Below, one piece after another: positions 25,101-35,664 of a stretch of DNA of 52,685 nt. The position numbers and the translations under genes were made by a program. The notes below the pieces were generated by a model that worked only from the letters and a program-made list of their open reading frames with translations, ran no database searches and had not been told where the DNA came from. Origin of the DNA: Chiloscyllium plagiosum. Its lineage: Eukaryota. How positions within the stretch are numbered: position 1 is the first letter of the stretch; each line of letters starts with the position of its first letter. The stretch spans positions 31,178,839 through 31,231,523 of the forward strand of contig NC_057718.1 in NCBI RefSeq assembly GCF_004010195.1, written 5' to 3'.

Positions 25101-27440
25101 GATTATGACTGTCCTGAAATGGACAACTGATCATGACCAAGTCTCTGGATTATGTGTAGAGACATAGTGCCAGATCTCCTGATTGATATCATTACCCCTG
25201 TTCCTTGATAGGACTACAATCTAGCCCCTTATCTACTTTCTGACAAGGCCATTTGGTTGAATAAATGTGTGTTGGTCGCATTGCAGTTTGCACATGGGAA
25301 AAGCAGCTGGTGCTCTTGGATGGAATCCTGAGTTGCTATTGCATGGTGACCAACACAGAGGCTTTTCACAGCCCAGCAGTGAATTGAAGTTGCCAGGTAT
25401 TCACTTTGACCCATGTGCTGTAATTCTTGACATTGAGTTTTTTTCACACTGGATGGTAGAATAGAACTTGCATGTTAATGAGGTGAGATGTGCAGTTAAT
25501 AAAGTCGATGTCATTGTCAAGCAATAACTCCCCTTAATAGGCAACTTTCCACTGAATAGTGGTAATTTTGCCTTGAGTTTGGTCTCCTTAGACTTCTCAG
25601 ACAATTCTACCACATTCCTCACCTTGTTCCACCTTGTTTAGGTCGCAATAAGATTCCACTCCTTGTCTTCATAACAAACACTTAACATTGATTGCTTAGG
25701 AAGGTTTTTTGATAATTTTCTGACTCTATGACTCTTAAGGTTATAAAAGGATGGTTAAAACAGCCTATTTTGTAACCGAGCAGCTACTGAGGCTGGAAGT
25801 TCATGGAAAGTGTCGGCTCAAAATGTTTGTACACAAAGAATGGGATTTCAAGATGGATTAGCATAGATTGTACTTATTTTGATGGTATTATGTGATAAGT
25901 TTTATTAATATAACTAAGAAAATCCAACATTAACTATGTATGTTCACTGTACTATGAACCAGTATCCTCAAAGTAATTGAAGAAGGACATTAGAATCTAG
26001 TACAGATCACATGGACACTATTGTTATATCCTTGGGTATTTACAGAAAACTTGAATTTGTAACTGTTTTATTAGTGTAACATTTAGCATAACTTTTAAAA
26101 TTGGAGAGCCTGAAAATTTACAATCACAGTTATGTTAAAATTCCTTAAACTTATATTTGAGTAGTTCATCTTGTTCATTTGTTCAGATTCATATCATAAA
26201 CTTAAATGATTTTGGTAAGAAAACTAATAACTGATAACAATGTAAACTTTCTGTTATGCTGACAACTAAAACTGTCTCAATCAATATTTGAACAATGGAA
26301 ACAATGTAATCATTGCTATTCATAGCAATTAGTAATGTGCAAATATCATGCATTATTACACATTGAGGTCAGCTATGTTTTCCATTGCATCAAACCCTGG
26401 TGAATTCCCCTGTTTACCTCATCTAATCTAAGGAACTGCTACCTTTATCCAAGATTATAATATCTACAAACTTAACTAACTCCATGGGTAAACATCTTCT
26501 CTCACCCGCTGTCACAAAATCTAAACCCTGCCAACACTAACCCAGCATACCTTTTGCACTACCAACTTACTTGTTCAGTTCATCTCCTCACCTACACCAA
26601 CCAAGAGCCACCCACAATACCTGTCTCTCTCCCTCTCTCTGTCTCACACACACTCTTTAAGTGGAAGATAGCCCCTCAGAAGAGCAGAAAGAGTCTAGAT
26701 AGGTGGTGGGCTGCTTGATATTTAGCTGCATTTCATGTGGAAAGCATCTTGACTCTAATCACCTTTAGCAGGTCCAGGACTGGTATTGGAAGCTGCTCTT
26801 GACTAACTTTACCAGGACCCCCTGACTTGACTGAGACTTTCTGATAGCCATGACAAACATCTTGGCTTTGTGTCTGTATTAAACAGCAAAGCAACACAGC
26901 AGTAATATAAGTGCAGTATCTCTGACTGAGGGAGAAAACTGCAAAAAGGCAAGGCAAGAAAGGGATTCTGTGAGCATCCAGATAGGCTCAGAGCGAGTGT
27001 GCATTATAACAGCAAGCAAAGAGCCTGAAGGTCTAGCCTGGTCCAGTTCATGAAGTGGGTGTATGTGACTGAATGCTAAGTATAATTTGCTGCAGAATTA
27101 TATTGATAGCTACTGATGTAGCCTGAGCTACAGCCTTAAAGTGCGGGAGCATTATGAAAGTGGATTGGAGATGTGCCATGAGGTTTCCCATTAGACATAT
27201 ATTGGATGCCAGTGTCTGTGAACATGTGGTTTGTTTTGTTGGAACCCATGGAATATGCTCTGAAATGTTGGCACTGATGTCCAACATAGAAGTTGTTTGG
27301 AGGAAATGGCTAGTTGAATCCAGCAGGTGAAGCTTTCCTTTTTTTCATGTTTCGCCTACATTGAGCTTGTTTCGCTAGTTTTAGAAGATAGGAAGCTGAA
27401 TACTAATGAAGTGACTTGGGTTGTGAACAAATAATCACCC

Positions 27441-27846
27441 TGCAATAACTGCACAGAGACCCTTTATATATATATATGTGCAAAGTGCATGGGATCTGAG
27501 CAGCTACTTCAGAGCCAGTCCCTAGAATCAGGAACCTCTCTGAATCTCCCGTTTATTTTTCATTTCATTTTTTTCCCCTTTCTTACACGTGCAGAGTCCT
27601 TAACAGTGGTCCATCACCCTCAGAGCCAGCTCTCAGAATGAACAGAACTTCTGACACTCCCTTTTTTTTCTGAGTGAACAGAACCTCTGACATTCCTTCT
27701 TTTTCTTCCCCCACACCACCGCCTAACTGCAGTAATCTCCTGTTTATATCTATCAGCTGAGACTCCCTTATTGGACCAGGTCAACAGCCCCAATCAAGAA
27801 TATCATGGTTAATGAGATCCACTTGGTGTTTGTTCCAATCACTACA
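27441..27846 (-). mobile_element. Solo LTR with internal duplications
   Basis: - strand TGTAGTGATTG...GTTATTGCA; TATA-like gatataaacaggag; flanks caccc/cacct (4/5 TSD); segment gaacagaac(t/c)tctgaca repeated internally. Confidence 0.65.
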
Positions 27847-27884
27847 CACCTCAATTGGCAATTTACCATTTCCTACTGAGGGGA

Positions 27885-28238
27885 AATGATGGCATAGTGG
27901 TATTATCACTAGCCTATTAATCCAGAGGACCAGCTAATGTTATTGGGGTCTTAGGTTTTGAATTGCACCATGGTGGGAATTTAAATTCAATGAAAATCTG
28001 GAATTAAAAGATTAATGATGAATTAATTCATTGTTGATTGTCAGGAAAAAAACCCAACTGTTTAACGAATGTTCTTTCGGGAAGGAAACTGCCATCCTTA
28101 CCTGGTCTCGCCTATATGTGACTCGAAACCCACAGCAATTTTATTGACTCTCCACTGCAGTCTGGGCAATTAGGGATTGGCAATGAATGCTGGAGTAGCC
28201 AGTGATGCCCACATCCTGAGAATGAATTTAAAAAATGA
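27885..28238 (+). mobile_element. tRNA-derived SINE with RTE-X/Zenon-like LINE tail
   Basis: ggcatagtggtattatcact head; ggaaggaaactgccatccttacctggtct body; ggcaattagggattggcaatgaatgctgg..cccacatcc tail; second copy at 50860-51200. Confidence 0.8.
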
Positions 28239-28915
28239 ATACTGCTAGTGAAAAGTATAAAGATGGCGTGAGTTGCTCCCCATATGGAGATTGGTCTCGT
28301 CACATTTGTCACCCAATTCTTGCAATATATTTTGCCATAGGCCATGTCATTTAGACTCCTGTAAAATTCTGCCACAGTTCCAAAATCAGTTATTGAAGAA
28401 AATTCTGGTGGAAATTGCAAAAACCCTAGCCACAATCTTTCAGTTTTCCTTAGACCTGAGAGTTGCCAGAGGGCTGTAGAATTGTAATATTACATCTTTG
28501 TTCAAAAAGATGTTGTGAGGAAAAGCCCAGTAATTACCGATCAGTCAGTTTAATGTCAGTGGTGGGCAAGCTTGGAGAAACAATGATTTGGGTAGAATTA
28601 ATAGTCACATGGAAAAAGGTGCATTGATTAAGAAAAGCTAGCATGGGTTTAAAAAAATACATTTAACTAACTTGCTGGAGTTTTTTTGTAGCAGTGATTG
28701 GGTAATGATGGTAATGCTGTTGATTTGGTATACATAGACTTTCAAAAGGTATTTATGCAGTGCTGCACAACAGATTTGAGAAAACTTATAGCTCATGTAT
28801 TAAAGGGATAGTAATACAATGGTTACAAAATTTGCTGAATAATAGGAAACAGAAAGTAATTATAGATGGATACCATTTTGGGCCGGAGGAAGGTTTGTAG
28901 TGGAGTTCTCAGGGC

Positions 28916-29121
28916 TAAAAATGTGTTGCTGGAAAAGCGCAGCAGGTCAGGCAGCATCCAAGGAGCAGGAGAATCGACGTTTCGGGCATGAGCCCTTCTT
29001 CAGGAATGCCCGAAACGTCGATTCTCCTGCTTCTTGGATGCTGCCTGACCTGTTGCGCTTTTCCAGCAACACATTTTTAGCTCTGATCTCCAGCATCTGC
29101 AGTCCTCACTTTCTCCTCCAA
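28916..29121. mobile_element. Young fold-back PLE pLTR mini-element (family A)
   Basis: ~77-bp nearly perfect inverted arms (28914-28989 / 29006-29082) plus 35-nt tail; perfect 15-bp TSD tggagttctcagggc 28901-28915/29122-29136. Confidence 0.92.
28974..29005 (-). ncRNA. Minimal type I hammerhead ribozyme, intact core
   Basis: - strand UC-CUGAAGA-A-GGGC UCAU GCCC-GAAAC-GUC|GA: both core boxes, stem II, GUC cleavage triplet, ACGU palindromic stem III. Confidence 0.85.
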
Positions 29122-29649
29122 TGGAGTTCTCAGGGCAAGGTATTAGGACTCTTACTTTTTCTGATATATGTTAATGATCCAGATGTTAGTATACGGGGGT
29201 AACTTCAAAGTTTGTGGACGATATGAAATTTGAGCGCATTGTTAACTGTGAAAGGAGGAGTTATAGAACTTCAAAAGGAGATAGACAACTGGTGAAGTGG
29301 ACAGATGGGTTGAAGATGACATGAAAAAGTGTGAAGTGATGCATTTTGATAGAAAAAACATGGACAGACAATACAAAATAAGAGGCACAGTTCCTATGGT
29401 ATTTAGGTGTTTTTGTTCACACATCATTGAAGATGACAGGTGAGCAGCGCAGTTAACAAATCATACTGTATCCTCATCTTTAGCAATAGGAACATGGAGT
29501 AGAAAAGCAAAGATGTTTTGCTAAACATGCACAATTCAGTTGTTAGACTTCAGCAAAGGTATTGTACACAGTTCTGTGCATAACACTGTAGGAAGGATGT
29601 GAATAAATTGGAGAGATCGCAAAAGATATTTGCAAGAATAAAAGAAAAT

Positions 29650-29865
29650 GTTGGATGGCATGCCAATCAAATGAACAGCTTTGTCCTGTGTGGTGTTGAA
29701 CTTTTTGAATGTTGATGGAGATTCCTAACAGTATTATGGGTGTATCAAAACCCCAAGGACTGCAGAGGGTCAAGAACACAGCTCACCACTACTTTCACCA
29801 CAGCAAATAGGGATGGACAATGAATACTCACCAAGCTGGGGAGTCCCACATCCCATGAAGTATGA
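29650..29865 (+). mobile_element. Short RTE-X/Zenon-like LINE 3' end with inverted 5' segment
   Basis: 29655-29720 matches the family in - orientation (cf. 18560-18620); 29721-29865 matches the 3' end in + orientation ending cccacatcccatgaa. Confidence 0.6.
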
Positions 29866-32800
29866 AAACATATTGAACAAGAATATTCATCTGAGGGCAT
29901 TCCGGAATCTCTCTTCATTTTGCAGTTAAAGTCTATATTAGGATATCGAAGTCTCAGATTCATTTTATGTAGAAGAACCCTTCAGATTTATAAAGCTAAT
30001 TGTATGTTTTCAGTGCCCTTTTGAACTAGTAAGTTAAAAGACATTGGTGAACCAGTTGAGCTTCAGGATGTTAGGAATAGCAATAGATCATTCAGCCCTT
30101 TGATTCTCTTCTGTCATTCATTTAGACTACATTTGATCTTCTCTCCCATTTACCAATCGTATCCAACACATCTCTTGTTATTCTTCCGAAAATAATGTAC
30201 ATATTTTTCAAGAATTAATGAGAAATGTAGGCATCCAGTTGCCAGTGTGCTTGCTTTCATATATTGTCCAACTCCAGGATTTTCGAGGAAACTGAAGCCT
30301 CAGGATAAAAGTCTTAATAAATGCACAGAGGGCAATTTTAGAGTGACATTTAATGATACTTGTTTTGTTCTTAATTATGTTAGACTTTTATGTTGACCAA
30401 TTTAACTTTTCCTCATTTCAAACACGTTTTTACTTCAGCTGATTATGAAATTCTGATTTGCTGCACTTCAAATAATTTTGAAATCAGTTTGTGAGTAATA
30501 CTATTTTTTAATTTCTACTTTTTAATTGATAGATTTTGCTCACAAGTCCTAGTTGTCGAGTGCTGCTCTGCAGCTTTTTTTAAAATATAAGATTTAAACC
30601 AGCCGGCAGCATTGAAATTTACACCCAAGAAAATTTAATGCCAGAATGTGACACTGAAAGTGGGATGATAGGAAACATTTTATTTATAAAACGTAAATAA
30701 TACATTTACAGAAAAAAAAACCTGTCTGGGTTTGGGCATTATAATTCTAAACTAAACTGGAGTAAAATGGAATTTGTCTTCATCAGTGTTTCACTGTTTT
30801 ACATCAGAATCAGGTTAGTTTCCAATTGCTGATTTAGACTGCAAGTATACTGTAGATTCATACAAACCTTAAGTGTAATGACATCTTGAATATTGTATAT
30901 TTAATCATTTAAAAATTCAAAATTTTGATTAAATGTAGCTACTAAAATAACTCTAAACATGTTATTCATAGCAACTTTGTGATTTCTGATTTAAAACATT
31001 AATTTGGTGACAGTTCATAACTCAGTTGTTAAGAAGGATTCCATTACTGCTTTTAGAAGATATACTTTGTTCATATCAACTAAATGTATTTTAAACCTAC
31101 AGCAATTTTCATCAATCTTTTGATGTGCATTGGCCTCTCTTTAGTGCAATAATAAAATCTTCGAATAGGGTTCTTAATACAACTTCACACCTCCCCTAGA
31201 CATGATGTCTCCAACCAATTGCTCATAGATATTCTGTTTCAATCTCCATTTCCATTTCATTACTTAAGACTTTAACTCTTCATACTCCTTAATTGAGCAA
31301 TGCTATGTTTAATTCTCAGTGATCAAATTTTCTTAAATAACCACCCATTTCAACATTAGATTGCCTGTTATATATGTATTTGGTTATGTGCAACATTTTG
31401 TCTGCCTCAAACTATTAAATGTAACAAGATTCCACTGTATTTGCAAATTCACTGTTTCATATTTCAAGGCAAACTTGAGTGCTTCAATAAACCCCCTTCT
31501 TCATTATGCATGTTTATGATAAAATGAATGTATAACTAAATTGGTTTCTTGTGTACATAGTTTATTTTTAGAAATGCATATAGAAACTGTAATTCTATCA
31601 AATACATCTGGGGAAAGAATTTGGGAGGTCCTATCAACTCCGCAATAATATCTTGATATTTCTACATAAGATTTCAATTTGCAACTCATTAAAAGATTCA
31701 ACATAAACTTTTGGACAGGTTTTGTCATACCGTTTTGATTAGAAACAGAATTCCTTCTCAAACTTTAGCATAGGATTAAGTGCAGTACTGAATTAAGTAT
31801 ATTTACACACGCATTTTAGTTGCACCCGAATACATAAATACACTTTCTAACATGAGCTTTCCCATTATGGCGCCCTTTCAACTTTTTCTACATATAGATT
31901 ATTGAATTAGTCATCTTATTCTTAATGCTGCTAAAAGATATATTCTTGTCGACTAGAAATCCTTTGATGCAGCTTGTATACTGAGAATGAATGCTACCTG
32001 AGACAAAATTCTGTTTGATAAGATCATATGTGAAGAGATAACACCTGGATTTGTTTTAGCAAGTTTGACCAAGACTTTAGTAATATGAGAAAAACCTAGA
32101 CCTCCAGTGAGAGGAAACTCTTTTTCCTCCACTTTCATATTCAAGACCTAGATATTAAATCAGTTTGTGAAAAACTGACAGTCTATAAGTGGCTTTAGAG
32201 AAAAAAACGTTTATTAAACTTCATTTTCTATTCATAGCTTCAATCCCATAAGTAACAAAAGATTGGTATTTTGTGGTAACATTGATTTTTACACTACGTG
32301 TTGAGTGGCACCATTAGCACACTAAATGGGATAGGTTTAAAATAGATCTAGCAACTCACATGGGCCACCCATGAGGCATTGTGGTCTTTAACATTAGTAG
32401 AATTGTATTTGACAACAGTTTGTAACTTCATGGCTCATGTAACTTGGAGTTGACAACAACTTATAACTTAATGGTAACTTCCCCCAATCTATCATTATCA
32501 TCAAGCCTTGAGACTGACATTTGTCAATGAAGAGTGCAGGCTGGCACACCAGGAGTACCAGCAAGTGTGCCTGAAAATGAGGTATCAATCTGCTGATGCT
32601 ACACCGAAGGACTACTTGCTTGCCAAACAGGGGAATATGATAGACAAGATTGAGAAATCATCAACCAATGAATTAGATCTTAGTTCAACAGCGCTGCCAC
32701 ATTCAGTCATGAATGGTGTTGGACTTTAAACAACTTATCAAACAATATATCCCCCTCCTCAACATGGGGAATCCTATCACATCAAAGTTTAGACAAAGCA

Positions 32801-32974
32801 GAAGCATTTGTATCCATTCTCAGCTCGAATTGCCAAATGTCTGGTCCATTTTGGTGAACACCTGAGGCTTCTAGATGCCAATCTTCAGTCAATTTGTATT
32901 CACCACATGATATCAAGAAACTGTTGAAAACACCAGATTTAGCAATGGCTATGGGCCCTGACAGTTCTGGAAAT

Positions 32975-34215
32975 AGTATTCCATTCCATTCTCCCGGTTT
33001 CTCTGTATCCCTTGCATTTGTTCTGATGATTCCACCATCGCTAGGGGTGCTTCCAATGTGTCTTCCTTCTTCCTCAATCGCCAACTGTGGTTTGAGGGCA
33101 AAAGTGCAGAAAATAGGCCAGACATGGCTATGTTTAGCCATGTCTGGCCTATTTTCTGCACTTTTGCCCTCAACCCTTCTCCTCTTCTCAGAATAATGAA
33201 GGGGTTCCTTTTGTCCTCCCTCTTCACAACAGTCTGCATTCAAAAGATCAACTTCTGCCATTTCTGCCACCTCCAGGCGAATGGCAGAGCAGACTCAAAG
33301 GGCTGAGTGGCCCACACCTTCTATTTTCTATCCTACAGTCAAACACATCCTTCCCTCCCTTTTTGGTATCCTGCAGAGGTTGTTCCCTCTGTGATACTGA
33401 CCCATCCATTGTTACTCAACACCTAATCATTCCACCCCCACATACACTTTCTGCAACTGTACAAGAAGATTTGAAAACTTGCCATTTTACCTCCTCCTTC
33501 CTCCCTGTGCAGACTCCCCATGCACACCTTCCAGGTGAAGCAGTGATCAGCCTGTACTTTATTCAATCTGCTCTACTGTATTCACTGTTCACAATGTAGT
33601 CTCCTTTATGTTGGTGAGATCAAATGCTAATTGGGTGACCACTTTGTGAAACAACTCTACTCTGTCTGTATGAATGAACTTAAACATCTGGTTTCCCATT
33701 TCAATAAACCATCTTGTTCGTGGGCTAACATTTCTGTCTTACTCCTGCAGCAGTGCTCCAATGAAGCCCAGTGCAAACTAGAGGAACTGAATCTTATTTT
33801 CCACTTAAATACTTTACAATCTACAGAATTCGACATTGGATTCAAAAACTTCAGACCATGAACACTGTCCTCCATTTCTATTACAACTTCTACCCTTCCG
33901 TCCCTGGTTTTGTTTGCATGGGTTTGCTCTCAGCTAAACTGATGTACTTTCTGCTATTTAAACCTACCATGAACACTTATTCTGTGTCTCTATCCCTCCT
34001 ATGTTAGATTAGCATTCCCTTTGTCTTTTGCTCTGGGCACCCTTACCATCAGTGCTCCTCCTCCTCCTTCTCCTTTGTCAAAATATAAAAAACATTATTT
34101 GTAATGCCACTTTGATTCTGAAAGAAGAGTCATGTTGGATTCAAAACATTAACCTCTATTTCTCTGTCTGCAGATGCTGCCAGACCAGTTGAGTTTCTCC
34201 AAAAATTTCTGCTTT
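32975..34215 (+). mobile_element. Neptune-type PLE 3' half with decayed GIY-YIG and pLTR
   Basis: SIPFS.F; LYVGEIK..LGDHFV; CKLEELNLIFHLNTLQ; terminal tctgaaagaagagtcatgttggattcaaaacattaac (decayed hammerhead) and cagatgctgccagacc. Confidence 0.85.
33092..33173. repeat. Perfect inverted repeat, 39-bp arms with 4-nt loop
   Basis: ttgagggcaaaagtgcagaaaataggccagacatggcta (33092-33130) tgtt tagccatgtctggcctattttctgcacttttgccctcaa (33135-33173). Confidence 0.97.
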
Positions 34216-34607
34216 TATCACTTACCTGTCAGTCTTCTCTCAATCATTAACAAAGGCATAGAGAAAGGGCATCAACAGTGCTATTGAACTGCACTTTATC
34301 AGCAATAACCTGCTCATTGACACTGGTTCTACAAGGGGTGACTCTGATCCTGACCTTGTTATATTTCTGGTATAAATATGGACAAAAGAGATGAACTTAA
34401 GAGGTGACGTGAGAGTGGCTGCCCTTGACATCAAGGCAGCGTTTTACGACATGTGACACAAAGGAGCCCTACCAAAACTGGAGTCAATGAGAATCGTAGC
34501 GAAACCTCTCCGCTGATTGGAGTCATGACTAATAGAAAGGAAGATGGTTGTGTTTGTTGGAGGTCAATTATTTCAATACCTCGACAACTAAGGTATGTGT
34601 TCCTCAA

Positions 34608-34830
34608 TATAGATATTTTCCAATCAATCCATTCAGAGATGTTACTACACACCTTTAGAGCAGGTGAAACTTGAAGTTGGGTTTGCTGGTGCAGAGGTAG
34701 GGACATTACTACTGTACCACAAGGGACCTGACAGAGTTCTTTAAGATAAATATTTTCTAATTGACCTGTCCCTCTGAAGCAAGTGGTACTTGAACCTGGC
34801 CTGCCTGGCTCAGAGGGAGGGAGTTCCTCT
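34608..34830 (-). mobile_element. Two tandem copies of short tRNA-derived SINE
   Basis: Reverse strand ..ccctccctctgagccaggcaggccaggttcaagtaccac..gaaaatattt and ..gtaatgtccctacctctgcaccagc..ttcaagtttcacctgctct..gattggaaaatatcta; same family as 6995-7450. Confidence 0.7.
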
Positions 34831-35664
34831 GCATAGATGTACAATAAGGAAAACGTCTCAGTTGAGGAAAAAAGAGGACATGTTGGAAGCACCTTAGTGG
34901 AACGTGGCATTATTGGAACAGATATGATGGAGAAGGAGAAACTGGGAGAATGGAATAGGATTCATGTAGAGTACGAGAAAGTGAAGTTGTGATAACTCTG
35001 GGAGTTGGTGTGTTTGTAATGGATATTGATGGACAACCTATACCAGAAATGGGAACAGTGAAATCAAGGAAGGGAAGGGAAATGTCACATGGATCAGGTG
35101 AAGCGTGAGAAGAATGTAAATTGGAAGCAAAAATTATTTTTTTTCTGATTTCAGATGAGAGCAGGAAGAGGCACTGCTAATATGATCAATGTATCAGGGA
35201 AAATGATGTCAGTAGGGGCCTGAGTAGGACTAGAACAAGGAATGTTCTACATACCTCACAAAAAGACAGGAATAACTGGTCCCCATACGGGTAGCCATAG
35301 TAACACTTCTGATTTGGAGAAAATGAAATAAGTTAAAAGACGAATTGTTCAAAGTGAGAACAATCTTAGTCGGGGGAGGAGGGTAGTGATGGGTGGGGAT
35401 TTTACATGCCTCTTTTCAAGGATGAAGTCAAAAGCCTGCAGACCATCCTGAAGGGGTTGGTCATATAGAGGGATTGCACATGCATGGTGAAGAGGAAGCA
35501 GCTTGGACCAGAAAGCTGAAAATTGTGGAACCAATATAAAGCATCAATAGAATTACAAATTAAGTGCAAAGAGACTGAAAAAGGGGGAAAATAGTACTAA
35601 GATTAGCAGAAATAAGTTCAGTGGAGTAGGAACAGGCTGAAATGATAGGTCTGCCACGACAGGC

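Larger units (their letters stand above)
28385..29640 (+). mobile_element. CR1 LINE ORF2 RT fragment
   Basis: taattaccgatcagtcagtttaa (NYR.VSL), tacatagactttcaaaagg (Y.DFQK), SGV.QG.VLG.LLFLIYVND, aagtttgtggacgat (KF.DD). Confidence 0.87.
32505..34590 (+). mobile_element. RTE-X/Zenon-like LINE ORF2 fragments (32505-32975 and 34215-34590) split by a PLE
   Basis: DIKKLL..PDLAMAMGPD before the PLE; PVSLLSII..ALDIKAAF..V.HKG.L.KLESM....L..LES..RKMVV after it. Confidence 0.75.

Noticed and set aside
28916..29121. Classification of the fold-back elements as DNA-transposon MITEs
   Set aside because: Asymmetric ends, long variable TSDs (12-18 bp) and identity to PLE pLTRs with hammerheads point to a retro-origin
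32782..33306. Overlapping ORFs sharing peptides on both strands
   Set aside because: Consequence of the 39-bp palindrome within retroelement debris
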